In this document: positions 28,091-40,720 of the stretch, one piece after another | Layout of the letters: each line of letters begins with the position of its first letter | Numbering within the stretch: the stretch's first letter is position 1 | NCBI RefSeq assembly: GCF_009914755.1 | Contig: NC_060937.1 | Reading direction: 5' to 3' (one strand) | DNA length: 64,000 nt | DNA from: the human T2T-CHM13v2.0 reference genome, Homo sapiens | The notes under the pieces: model-generated | Seen by the model: only the letters and a program-made list of their open reading frames with translations | Databases searched by the model: none | Told to the model about the DNA's origin: nothing | Made by a program: the position numbers and the translations under genes

Positions 28091-30280
28091 TGACAATTTT
28101 AATAGTAAGTATAGTCCGAGTCATTTTATTGGTTGTCTGTGCAACATCCCAGTTCTGTTTCATCTCTGACTGCCTTTTTGATGAATAGAAGGTAACTTCA
28201 GATACTGTAGGCTTAGAGGGAGTAAACTTAGCTATCTTATTCTGTTGATATTAATCACTTCAGATAACTGAGGTCTCTAAATGATAAATTGTTGTTTCTC
28301 TTATAGACGTAGGGTGTTGTTCAGGTGCTAGGATGTTTTTACTGCATGTTTGTAGATGTTTAATTTTATTGTATTATACTAATTTGTAATGTATATTTGT
28401 CTCGCAAAAGTTTGGTTGTATACACAAACTCAAGATTCTATGTGCCAAAAGAGAACTAAAAACTCAGTGAAGAGTTGTTTCAAACTGATAGGAAACATGT
28501 ATGGAATGTTTTAGGTTTCTTCAGAATCCAGTGCCAGATGGTATTCCAGAGTGTTTTGCTTATGTCTACCAAAACTATAAAAGATGAGGAATATATTTGG
28601 GAAGGTGTTCAGGACAATCAATTTTAGAAATGCAATTGTTGCAGCTTCTGGAATACATTTTAACTTACCAATTAAAATAAAAGCATAATTAAATTCAATT
28701 CTATTTTAGAAGAGTGGCCAAAATGTGTAATATGAGTGTGAGTGAGTGTGAGTGTGTGCTCCAGCCAGTGGCTTCTAGAATAAAAGATCCTTTGATGTAG
28801 TTGTTTAGAACTAAATGATCATGAGAATTAGTCTCTGCCACATAGAAAATGGCATTTTTTACATTAAAAAAAAAGAACCCAAGCTTATCCTTATAAGAAA
28901 GATCTCTATGACTGGAGGTCTTCCTGAACCTTCTGGCCCCTCTTTTCTCAATCATCCTAAAAATCAAGAGCAAAAACCATCACACACTGCTAACCTCAAT
29001 TATTAAACATTACGAAGCCTAGGTGCCATTACTCTTTTCCCTAAAGGACTGCAGAAGGGAGGTAACTCACAGTAGTTCCTCCACCCAGAAAGGGAACTGG
29101 AGTGTTCCATTTCAAGGGACAGACAGCTATTTATTATGATTATTCCTTAAATGTTCTATTTCTCACTTCCCTTCAAACTGCCTTCATCCATGCACAGCCA
29201 CCCCTGTGGCCAGGAAAATAGGATTTTCCCTACTCTTTAACTGAGCATGACACGTTGTATTGTGTTTGTAGAAAACGGGTTGATCTTGGCCCAATCACTT
29301 CATTTTACGTTCACTTGTCAGTACCAATGAATCACTTTAGATTGACAGTACATCTTAACAGAAGAAAATGAGCTATTGTCATAATAGCAAAAGCACTAAA
29401 TCCACAAGAATGTTATCTCAGATTTCCTTCTTGTATCAAGACCTTTTTTAAGAAAAACGATTTTAGATCAATAAGTCCATTAGTCTAATATATAATTTTG
29501 TGAAATGTAATAGTAGGTTAGTGGCTGAGGTTCCTTTTAACCCTGGGTGGAATTTAATTAATTACCTTCCGCCCTTTATTTCTGCCCTTTATTTCGTTTT
29601 GGCCTCATTTTCACTGATTTTATGTCTCTATCATCATGTAATCTTTTCTACATATGATCTTTTTCTTTTCAGGGCTGCACATATTTGCTTATTTGAAAAA
29701 AAATAGAGTCTACTACCATTTTTTACAGATAGGTAATTTAGTAACCTTTTCTTAGTAGTTATAAAACGAGGAAGAGGAGGAAAGGGAAGAAAAACATGGT
29801 AAGAAAGCATCAGACCATTCATTCATTCAACTCCTGAGTGTAGTTAAATTTAAGGGAACAAACCAATGATAATTGACACATAAAATCTTTGTAACATAAA
29901 ACACCATCATTTTGCCCCAGAGTAAACTACATTTCATGATAAATATGAACAGTTAGTAGCATAACCAGGATATGATCGTGAGTTTATTGTACCACCAAGC
30001 AAATGAGGATCTATGTTTATTTTCACACTAAAATGAGTGCAGGATGGTGATAGATCTGATTTACACAACAGCCCTGTACTTGAAAGGTTGGCAGTAACAG
30101 TTGTTATTTTACAAATAGTTGCCCATTTCCTCAACTTATACACCATTACAAAAATCACTTGGCACTGATTTGTACGAACTGTGTTTTAAATCCACATTTG
30201 CCTGTAAGTGAATGTACATGGATGTGAGACTTAATATTTTGCTCTTCTGAACTGAAATTTAGTAAAATAAATTTGCTCAC

Positions 30281-30461
30281 TTTTTCTTTTTCTCCATTCT
30301 GTCTTCTTTCCTTCCTTTCTTCCTCCTTCTTTTCTTCTTCCTTCCTTCTTTCTCTTTTTTCCTTTCTCCCTCCCTTCCCTTCCCCTTCCTCCCTCCTTTT
30401 CCTCCTTCTTCCTTTCCTTTCCTTTCCTTTCTTTTCTCCTGTCCTTCTTGTCTTTCTTTTT
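30281..30461. repeat. Polypyrimidine (CT-rich) low-complexity tract
   Basis: 30302-30440 contains only C and T, and the tract abuts the 3' splice site. Confidence 0.97.
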
Positions 30462-30468
30462 ATTACAG

Positions 30469-30549
30469 TTATTAAAAAAGAAAGGAACTTCTACATTTCT
30501 TCAAAGATTGGAACGAGGAGATCCAGTCACCATAGCATCACAACTCAGG
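30469..30549 (+). CDS. MYO16: MYO16 coding exon, 81 nt, phase 0 to 0: [27 protein letters not shown]
   Basis: Acceptor ttttattacag|TTA and donor AGG|gttagt. TIASQLR+KSL aligns with the myosin TVxxQFRxSL W-helix start. Confidence 0.93.
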
Positions 30550-30665
30550 GTTAGTGACGTTTTCAGATTTCAAAAACTTAATGTATGTTTATAGCAACTA
30601 AAGAGGGTTTATGTAGACTTTTTTTTCCATTTTTGACAACTTAAATATCTTCACAAAAAAAGTAA

Positions 30666-30670
<5 letters not shown>

Positions 30671-30696
<26 letters not shown>
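30671..30696. repeat. (CA)13 microsatellite in the 261-nt intron
   Basis: Read directly from the sequence. Confidence 0.95.
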
Positions 30697-30701
<5 letters not shown>

Positions 30702-30810
30702 AATGCATAATGAGATTTAAAGACGTAAAGACTTTTTATTTAAAAACTGCTTTATATTTTTAGCTAGTGTCTCCTTTGGAGAATCAGTTGGGTTCTACTT
30801 CTCTCCTTAG

Positions 30811-31017
<207 letters not shown>

Positions 31018-31390
31018 TAAATTCTTCTGCTCTTAAAATCGTCGTTCTCGCTGCTGTTCAGTGCAGTGTACTGACACTGACACTATTGTAGCAAGGGTCT
31101 TCTGTTGTCTTTTTTGGCACTGCTTTTGTTGTTTACTTTTTTCTATCTCCAATAAACAAAATATTCTGGGAAACAATGAAATACACTGACAAAGCTCACA
31201 TAAAAAATAATTAAACTGTACTGAGGACAGTATCTTGGAAACCATTCTCATGTTCCTTTCAAAGTGTGGCTTTCCTTGGATTAAAGTTTTGTAAAATGAT
31301 TGCATGTGATATTTACTATTTATTATTTAAAAGGAGAATGTATGTAAGTGATTATTTCCCCTTTTATATATGAACAAAATATTATTTAGA

Positions 31391-31607
31391 TCAGTGGTTG
31401 GCAAACTACACTCATGGGCCAGCCAAATCCAGCCTACCACCTGTTTTTGTAAATAAAGTTTTATTGGAACATGGCCACAATCATTTCTTTGCATATTGTC
31501 TGTAACCACTTTTGCACTGCAATAGAGATAGACAGTGTGCCATGGTGTAAAATATTTGTAAAATGTTTCTTATCTGCCCCTTTAGAACAGAAGTTTGTTG
31601 ACCTCTG
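31391..31607 (-). mobile_element. MER58A-like hAT-Charlie element
   Basis: cagtggttggcaaactac...ccaaatccagcc...tgtttttgtaaataaagttttattggaac...aagtttgttgacctctg. Confidence 0.8.
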
Positions 31608-33407
31608 TTTTCAGTAAATTCAGCTGAAAAATACACTGTGCACAAGACAGTGCACTCATTCCTAGGATAAGCTCTTGTCACGTGTCCTCATCTTCATGTC
31701 TGTATTAGCCCTTCTCCCATGGTAGCCTTATCCCAGCCATTTGCAAGAAGCACCTAAACTCACCAAAAGCAACATCATCCCCTCAGGCTACATATTTGTT
31801 CATTTGTATTTTATTTGATCAGAAACTTTAGTCTGATTTTAAGTAAATTATAATCCTCACTGATGAATCCATTTTAAGTAAATTGGTTGATGGGTAGTAA
31901 CTTAATTTACAGATATATGCTACTAAGCACTATTCCAGGCCTCATCTTTAGGTACATTGTTGTGCTATACACTCTAGCTTGATGAATGTCCCAGTTTAGA
32001 CAGGTAAATGCATACGCAAATAATGGCCATTCAGTGCTTGTAATATTACAAAGGGTTGGAATATTACATGGGTTGGAATATTACAAAGTGTTACAGAAGC
32101 ATAGTAAGAAGGTAATTTGGGATCAGAGATAGCTTTCAAAGATATTTGAAAGATATTACAATCCTGGTGAAAATAATGAGACTATCTGTTTTTAAGCATT
32201 CAAACAATAAAACAGGGGTGGGCAAAAAGGAAATCAGAAGACATTTGGTAATTCTATATAAAATAAATGAGATCTTAAAATAATACTGATGTAAACTAAT
32301 ATAAGTATTGCAAGTGTGAAATCTCGCATTTATGTTTAAAAATTAACTATACAACTACAGTATGAAAAAGTCTGTTTGATAAACCATTCATCCAAAAAAG
32401 AGAGATTTTGAGACTTTTGTTGACTAGTTCAATGTGAGCCACTATTTTGAGGAAGCTGTGAAACAAAAACAAAATAAGCAAGCCAACAAACTTAAATAAC
32501 TACATTTGAAATATTTAATTCAGAACAAAGGGAATAATATTTAAACGATGACTAAAATTCTGTGTTTAATTTTTATAACATTTGTTTTCCCAGAGGAAAT
32601 AAGCCGCATTTACTTATTGTGCATTTTGGTAAATTTTATAAAGACACATAGAAGAAAATAAACAACATATGAGTTCAGCTTGAGCCTTCCATTTTAAAGG
32701 GGTAGTAGAATATGTTTAGAAGATAGAAGATAAGCAGAACCACATGGGGATGGATGTATTTAAACTGTAGAATATGTATTTCAGATAGACAAGATATTTG
32801 TGTTTAAAATTTAAAAGGTGCTTGTAAATGAGATAATAGACATGTTGTCTCTTAATTTATAAGGAATAACTACAAAGTTGGGCTTACACAGAAATAAATC
32901 AAAGCTGGATATAATACTTCTGGGGGTTGTTTTGGACAGGAGTCATAGTAGCTATCACTGACTGTTGCAGGGCTTTGGGAAGGACGGCTCCTGACTCGTC
33001 TCTTTCTGGTCCCTCGGTGGATATCCCTTCATAGTCTTCAGAGATGCCGAACCTGTTAAGAGCTGATATTTCTTACATTTTATAGTGTGTGTATTAAAGG
33101 TCAGCCCTCCCACCTTCTTAAGTGTAGATGGCCTTTGGTTCGAGTTTAAAAATGTTCTTGTGTAAGTTTAAAACAATAGATTCCCCAAATTTATCCCAAA
33201 CTTTCTGAATCAGTATCAACAGGGAGTAGGGACCGGGCTCCCCCTGGTTTGTAGCTCCAGAGATGATTCAATATGAAATAGAATGGAGAGTGTCAGTCCT
33301 AAGGCTGAGGTCTCAGGAAGTGATCCGCGGGGGCCTCAGAGGGTGATGAGCCTTGAGACGTTACAATTTGTTTAACTGTAGTAACTCCCTCTTTAGTGTT
33401 ACCCAAA

Positions 33408-33596
33408 ACAGCAGTTCTCTGACATGAGTGCACATCAAAATCACCTGGAGGCTTCTTAAAATATGGATTCCTGGGCTCCCCACCCCAAGTTCAGATTCAG
33501 TAGGTCTAGCGGAGGCCTGTGAATTTGCATTTTTAAAAAGTTTCCAGCTGATGTTAACATTGTTGCCATGTGAACGGCACTTTGAGAACCCCTGGC
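33408..33596. mobile_element. MER5A-like hAT-Charlie element
   Basis: cagcagttctc...aatcacctggagg...gattcagtaggtct...gaatttgcattttt...cactttgagaacccctg. Confidence 0.75.
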
Positions 33597-33809
33597 ATGG
33601 AATCTCTAGTCATCTGGGGACAATGTTTTTGTTTTGTTTTGCTTCCCCCCAGCCAAATGTTGAAAGGGTGCCAGTGCCTTGGTGATCAAAGCAAACTTGT
33701 GGGGAATGTATAATCTCCAGCCTCACCCCAGGTTCACTCAATCAAAATCTGCAAATTCATCAGAATTCCTCAGTGACTGGTATGCAGTTGAAGTTTCAGA
33801 AGCACTATC

Positions 33810-36800
33810 CAGGCAGACCTTGGAGACGTAGTAGGTTCAGTGATGGACTACCATAATAAAGCTAATACCATAATAAAGCAAATCACATAAAGTTTTTGGT
33901 TTCCCGCTGCATATAAAAGTTATATTTGCACTATCCTATAATCTGTTCTGTGCAATAGCATTACATCTAAAACACAATATGATACCTTAATTTTAAAATA
34001 TTTTTTGCTAACTAATGCTAACAATGATCTGAGTCTTTGGCAAGTCATAATCTTTTTGCTGGTGGAGGATTTTGCCTTGATGTTGCTGGCTGCTGACCCA
34101 TCAGGCTGATGGTTGCTGAAGGCTAGGGTGGCTGTAGTAATCTCTTAAAATGAAACAATCAAGCTTGCTACATCCATTGACTCCCTTTCATGAAAAATGT
34201 CTCTGTAGCATGCGAAGCTGCAACAGCATTTTACCCAGAGTAGAACGTCTTTCAAAATTCGAGTCAATCTTCTGAACTCTTACCACTGCTTTATCAACTG
34301 AGTTTATGGAATTTCTAAATCCTTTGTTGTCATTTCAACAATGTTCACAGCATCTTCACCAGTAGTAGATTCCATCTCAAGAAAACACTTTGTTCATCCA
34401 TAAGCAGCAACTCCTCATCCATTAATATTTGATCATGAGGTTGCCGCAGTTCAGTCACATCTCCAGGCTCCACTTCTAATTTTGGTTCTATTGTTGTTTC
34501 CACCACATCTGCAGTTGCTTTCTCCACTGGCGTATTGAACCCCTCAAAGTCATTCATGAAGATGGGAATCAATTGCTTCCAAATCCCATTCATGTTGATA
34601 TTTTTACCTACCATAAATCACAAATATTCTTAGGAGCATTTAGAATGGTGAATACTTTCCAGAAGGTTTCCAGTTTGCTTTGCCCAAATTCATCAGAAAA
34701 ATCACTACCTGTGGCACCTATATCCTTAGAGAATCTATTCTTACATAATTCCTCCTTGATCCATGGGCTGCTGAATGGATACTGTGTTAGCAGGCATGAA
34801 AACAACATTCAATTCCTTCAGCAGTTTTTGGGTGACCAGGTGCATTGTCAATAAGCACCAGTATTTTGCAAGAATTTTTTTCTGAGCAGTAGTTCTCAAC
34901 AGTGAACTTCAAATATTTAGTAAACCATGCTGTAAATTGATGTGCTTTTTTTCATATGTTTGTTGGCCGCATAAATGTCTTCTTTTGAGAAGTATCTGTT
35001 CATATGATTCACCCACTTTTTGATGGGGTTGCTTTTTTCTTGTAAATTTGTTTAAGTTCCTTGTAGATTCTGGATGTTAGACCTTTGTGAGACGGATGGA
35101 TTGCAAAAATTTTGCCCCACTCTGTAGGTTGCTTGTTCACTCTGATGATGGTTTCTTTTGCTCTGCAGAAGCTCTTTAGTTTATTTAGATCCCATCTATC
35201 AATTTTGGCTTCTGTTGCAATTACTTTTGGTGTTTTAGTCATGAAGTCCTTGCCCATGCCTGTGTCCTGAGTGGTATTGCCTAGGTTTTCTTCTAGGGTT
35301 TTTATGGGTTTGGCTTTTATGTTTAAGTCTTTAATCCATCTTGAGTCAAAACCACAATGAGATACCATGTCAGTTAGAATGGTGATCATTAAAAAGTCAG
35401 AAAACAACAGATGCTGGAGAGGATGTGGAGAAATAGGAATGCTCTTACACTGTTGGTGGCAGTGTAAATTAGTTCAACCATTGTGGAAGACAATATGGCA
35501 ATTCCTCAAGGATCTAGAACCAGAAATACCATTTGACCCAGCAATCACATTACTGGGTATATACTCAAAGGATTATAAATCATGCTGCTATAAAGACACA
35601 TTCACATGTATGTTTATTTCAGCACTATTTGCAATAGCAAAGACTGGAACCAACCCAAATGCCCATCAGTGATAGACTGGATAAAGAAATTGTGACACAT
35701 ATACACCGTGGAATACTATGCAGCCATAAAAAGAATGAGCTCATGTCCTTTGCAGGGACATGGATGAAGCTGGAACCCATCATTATCAGCAAACTGACAC
35801 AGGAGCAGAAAACCAAACACTGCATGTTCTCACTCATAAGTGAGAGTTGAACAATGAAATCACATGGACACAGGGAGGGGAGCATCACACACTGGGGCCT
35901 GTCGGGGGCTGGGGGGCAAGGGGACGGAGACCATTAGGGCAAATACCTAATGCATGTGGGGCTTAAAACCTAGATGACGGGTTGATAGGTGCAGCAAACC
36001 ACCATGACACATGTATACCTATGTAACAAACCTGCATATTCTGCACATGTATCCCAGAACTTGAAGTAAAATTGTTTTTTAGAAATGGATGTGCTGTCAT
36101 CCATGCTTTGTTATTCCATTTATATAGCAAAGGGAGAGTAGACTTAGCATAATTCTTGAAGGCCCTAGGATTTTTGGAATTGCAAATGATAATTGGCTTC
36201 AACTTAAAATTACCAGCTGTATTAGCCCCTCACAAGAGAGTCAGCCTGGCCTTCGAAGCTTTGAAGCCAGGTATTGTCCCATCTCTAGCTGTGAAATTCC
36301 TAGGTGGCATCTTCTTCCAATCAAAGGCTATTTCACCTACATAGAAAATCTGTTGTTTGCTGTGGCCACCTTTATCAATTATTTTAGTTAGCTGTTCTAG
36401 ATAACTTGCTGCAGCTTTACATCAAATGTGCTGTTTCTCCTCACCCCTTCATGTTACGGAGACAGTTTGTTTCCTCAAATCTCATGAATCAACCTCTGTT
36501 ATCTTCCAGCATTTTTCCTGCAGTTTCCTCACCTCTCTCAGCCTTCATAAAATTGAAGAGTTAGGGCCTTTCTCTGGATTAGGCTTTGGCTTAAGGGAAT
36601 ATTGTGGCTGATCTTATCTTCTGTCCAGACCACTCAGACCTTCTCCATATCGGCAATAAGGCAGTTTCACCTTCTTACATTCGTGTGCCCACAAGAATAG
36701 CACTTTGAGTTTCCTTCAATAACTTTTCTTTTGCATTCACAGCTTGGCTGTTTGGTGCAAGAGATCTAGCTCTTGGCCCGTCTTGACTTTTGACATGCTT

Positions 36801-37259
36801 TCCCTCCTAAGCTTAATCATTTCCAGCTTCTGATTAAAAGTGAGAGATGTGCATCTCTTCCTTTTATGTAAAAACTTCGTGACCATTGCAAGTTTATTAA
36901 TTAGTCTGATTTTAATAATTCTGTGTTTCAGTGAATAGGGAGGTCCAAGAAGAGGGAGAGAGAGGTGGGGGAACACTTGGTAGGTTGAACAGTGAGAACA
37001 CACATGACACGTATTGATGAAGTTTGTTTTCTTATATCGGTGTGGTTTGTGGCACGCCAAAACAATTATAATAGTCACAGCAATGATTGCTGACCACAGG
37101 TCACCATAACAGATATAATATTAATGAAAAGGTTTTAAATATGACAGGCATTACCCAATGCAAAGCAGAGAAGTGAAGTGTGAACGTGTTGGAAAAACTA
37201 TGCTTCAATTTGTGAAAAATGCAATGTCTGCAACACCACAACAAAATGAGGTGCACCTG
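33810..37259 (-). mobile_element. Near full-length Tigger1 (TcMar) DNA transposon, split by an L1
   Basis: Decayed TIRs caggcagacct... and ...aggtgcacctg. Minus-strand ORF remnants include KRKRCTSLTFNQKLEMIKL (HTH), [28 protein letters not shown] and [18 protein letters not shown] (DDE region). Length is about 2.3 kb after removing the L1. Confidence 0.92.
34947..36082 (+). mobile_element. L1PA (L1PA7/8-like) 5'-truncated with 5' inversion
   Basis: 34947-35346 is antisense ORF2, and 35347 to about 36071 is the sense ORF2 end plus 3'UTR. TSD aaattgatgtgct (34934-34946) / aaatggatgtgct (36083-36095). Confidence 0.92.
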
Positions 37260-38875
37260 TGCAGGATGCGAAATGGGATTTATCTCACTCAGCCAATAAT
37301 AGAAAAGTGCATTTAGTGTATTTTTTTTCTGTTTCCTTAATGTTATTAGAGTTCCTTAGATCTGTGACATCAAAGATTCTCTTCATTAAAGGGACCTTAG
37401 TGGTTGTCCAGCGTAACCTTTGTTAGCTACGTGAATATTTCTAACCATTATTCCAACAGTTATCCAAATTGCTCTATTTCCCCAGAAGAGAGTGGAGGGA
37501 GAAAGAGAGAGAGAGAGATATCATAAAATTAGAAAATTATTTTTACCTTTGCTTTTGTATATTTCCAAGTCAGTTTTATATACACTCTGTTAGGATTACG
37601 CTTTTGCTAAAATAGTAAATGCAATTAATACTTAAAAATTGAGTATAATTTTTATATGTATGCAATAGACTATAACTTCTTCTAAATGAGGATCGTATCG
37701 TATTCATTCACAATGCTTGTGCATTGTCGGTGTTTAACAAATGTTTTCAAAATGAACTTGGCATTGGAGATTAAGTGGTCGTTCATTTTAAAGTAATATT
37801 TCTGCATAACAGAGACCATAGGCATACTGTAAAAAGTACAGTGAGTAAAAAGGAATAGTGAGGATGAGAAATGGTACTTTTAGGTAATTCTTTGCATTTC
37901 TTTTAGCATTCCTTTATTTGAAGTAAGATGTGATTTCTCTTTCTTATCTTTATCTGTAATGGCATATCAGTGGAAATGGAATTATGAATTTATTTTAGAG
38001 GAAATCTGCCCCTATCTCTCTGGCATTTAGGATGCCAGTCTGAAATAATATTACAAAAAATATTGATTCATAGAGAGATTATCAGTTTCTGTAGAAACTG
38101 AAGAATTTAAGTAACATACAATCAAAATACTGTTACATCAAGAAATAGCATATTTTAGTATTTCTTGAGTATTCAAGAAGCTCATCAAGTCTTTGAAATG
38201 CCTCCAGGCAATGGAAACATCATTATAAAAAACAAAGCCTTGAGGTGTAATTTAATAGAAATTTTTGGTTGTTTGTTTGGTTACCAAATTTTCAGGTAAA
38301 GAATGTATTATCCCTATGCAAAATATTTATTTTGTATTTATATCACCTTGTCTTAACTGTCAGAGAATAAAAATCTATCAAAATGACTTCATTAAGTATA
38401 CAAGAAAGAATATGATTACCACAAAAATCTTGAACAACAACAAAAAAATGTCCAGTTTTGCCGTTGGGAAGTAAGCAACCACTGCTTTGAATGGGATTTA
38501 TTGTTTCTGAAGTCTGACATGACAATAAATGTGGATAATGGACATTTGTTGGACTTTGTAGGTGGACATGAGGTTGTAAATTTGCATCATGGTATCTTGG
38601 CTGTAATAACTGTCCATCATTCTGAGTCTTTCTAATTGAAACTGGAGGATCGCTTTAGTTGAGAGGATACTATTTTGATTAAATATAGAAAAGTATGCTT
38701 GTCAATATTTTTTTCTGTTTATTACTTGTGTAATACAGCTTCAGAGCAGGATTATAAAGACTTAAGGACTCTGTCTTCAATGGCAAGAGACTTCACTAGT
38801 TTGGAGACAGGAGGAACAATAAAAGAAGCAGCAGGAAAATTATGTGCAAATTATGGTACATAATTGGATTGCCTA

Positions 38876-39111
38876 CAGCTGTGGACTTACTGTGTCCTCC
38901 TGTAAATTCATATGTGACTTCATTTGGAGGTGGAACCTCTAAGAAGGTAATTAAAGTTGAATGAGGGCATAGGAATGTGACTGGCACAAGAATGTGGCTG
39001 GCACCTTGATCTTGGCCTTCTCAGCCTCCAGAACTGTGAGAAATAGATTTCTGTTTTTTAAGCTGCTCAATCTACAGTATGTTGTTATAGCAGCCCACCC
39101 CAACTAAAACA
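38876..39111 (+). mobile_element. MLT1A-like LTR, internally deleted
   Basis: gtgtcctcc..aaattcatatgt...aaggtaattaaagtt...gctggcaccttgatcttggccttctcagcctccagaactgtgagaaata...gttatagcagccc. Confidence 0.75.
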
Positions 39112-39480
39112 GCCGTGTTTGTGTGTTCATTTGGTGTCAATAGGCAGCAAAGTTATATATATTGTGTTTGGAATTTTGGAATTAAGTTTATGTTACTTGA
39201 TACTTATGCTGATAGAAGGAAATATGGCTTACCTGAACATACCATGTGGTTTCAAAGATTTTGAGGCATCGTATGTGTCAATCCCATCATCTTTTCTACC
39301 TTGTTTCCTTCACTGCTATTCAAGGTTCACTCAGGCATCCTCTCCTTTGGAAGACATTTTATAAAATACCAGATAAGTTGGTATCTCTAAGGTTCAAACT
39401 GTGTTGTATAATACAATTATCATATGCCTATTAGATCATGCTGGAAATATCCATGTATGTATTCATTTCAACCACCAGAC

Positions 39481-39696
39481 CAGAGGTTAGAAAATGACAG
39501 CCACTGAGCCAAATCTGGCCTGCCATCTGCTTTCATGTGGCCTGAGAGCTAAGAATATTTTTTTACATTTTTAAATGGTTACATTTAAACGGTTATATAA
39601 GTACCTATATAATATCCTCAGTTTTGCCTCTTAGCATGCAAAGCCTAAAATATTTACTCTCTGGCCCTTTACAGGAAAAGTTTGCTTATCTCTGCC
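39481..39696. mobile_element. hAT-Charlie MER3/MER33-like element
   Basis: gccaaatctggcctgcc...gagctaagaat...aaagcctaaaatatttactctctggccctttacaggaaaagtttgc. Confidence 0.7.
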
Positions 39697-39879
39697 TTAG
39701 ACCATAAAAGGGGTTTGCCTGGCTTCCAGCAAGAGGCTGGTCACCCTTCCTGCCTCTGCATCCAAACTCTGTGCAACTGAAGGAAAAAGTCTGATCTACT
39801 CTTCAGTAGATCTCAATAATGTTCTCTAATGTTGGTCTCATTCTTCAGTTTATCAGATCTTTTACTGATGGCACTGTAA

Positions 39880-40720
39880 AAGCCAAGTTCCACCAATATG
39901 TTCTGTAGAACAAAAAATCCTAAATCAGTGGCTTGCAACAGCAAATGTTTATTTCTCTCTTGCATTGCATTTGAGTGTGGTTTAGAAGTAGCATACCTAA
40001 GCTCAAACCAGCTCCAATCTTTGTTGTTATTATTATTGTTTTTGTTTTTAATGGGATTCAGGTTTAAAGACTAGCCCAGATCTAGGATATGCTCTTCCTG
40101 AGTCATAGGGAGGAACAAAAAAAAGGCTGAATGAGTGTTACAGAGGCTACTGAAGTGTGGCCTGTGTCATTCCCAAGTATCCCATTGGTTAAAACCAGTC
40201 ACTTGGCCAAGACCAACATAGATAGGGTGGAGAAGTGCCCTCCTCATAGGGATGTACTGCAAAACACATAACAAAGGGTTGGAAATGCATCAACTTCTGG
40301 CTGAATTATCTGTTATTGTGTATTGGACCATCCCCAAACTCAGTGGCATAAAACAGCCATATATTTTTTTCTCTCACTGCTGTGAGCTAACTGGGATTAG
40401 TGGGCAATGCTTGCTTGGGGCCTCTTCCCCAGTTGCAGCCATATGGCTGAAGAAGTGGGTGTTAGCTAAGGCCTGGCTGGGCTGGGGGATGCACACGATG
40501 GTCCCTTCACTCCTATGCCTGGTGCCTCTGTTCCTCCAGGTGACTCTCTCTCTGGCAGAATAGCCCAGACTTTTTACCCACTGGGTCAAGTTTCCATGGA
40601 CAAGGAAAGAAGCTTGCAGCCTTCTTAAAAGCTAGGCCTGGACTTGGCACAGCATCACTCTCGCTGTATTCTATTCATCAAAGCACTTGAAACCAACCCA
40701 GATATGTTCAATGGGGAGCA
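39880..40720 (-). mobile_element. Old MLT1-type LTR fragments
   Basis: cagtggcttgcaacagcaaatgtttatttctc; ccattggttaaaaccagtcacttggccaag; ccccaaactcagtggcataaaacagcc; ggcacagcatcact...tattctattcatcaaagc. Confidence 0.55.

Noticed and set aside
30273-30554. 93-aa hydrophobic ORF
   Set aside because: It is a translation of the pyrimidine tract in a different frame from the real exon.
32043-32085. 17-bp tandem repeat gggttggaatattaca x2
   Set aside because: Ordinary slippage duplication with no functional cue.
35009-35850. Active L1 ORF2
   Set aside because: About 1.1 kb, truncated, inverted and frameshifted.
34345-37078. Functional or domesticated Tigger transposase
   Set aside because: The reading frame is broken into short pieces by stops, frameshifts and an L1 insertion.
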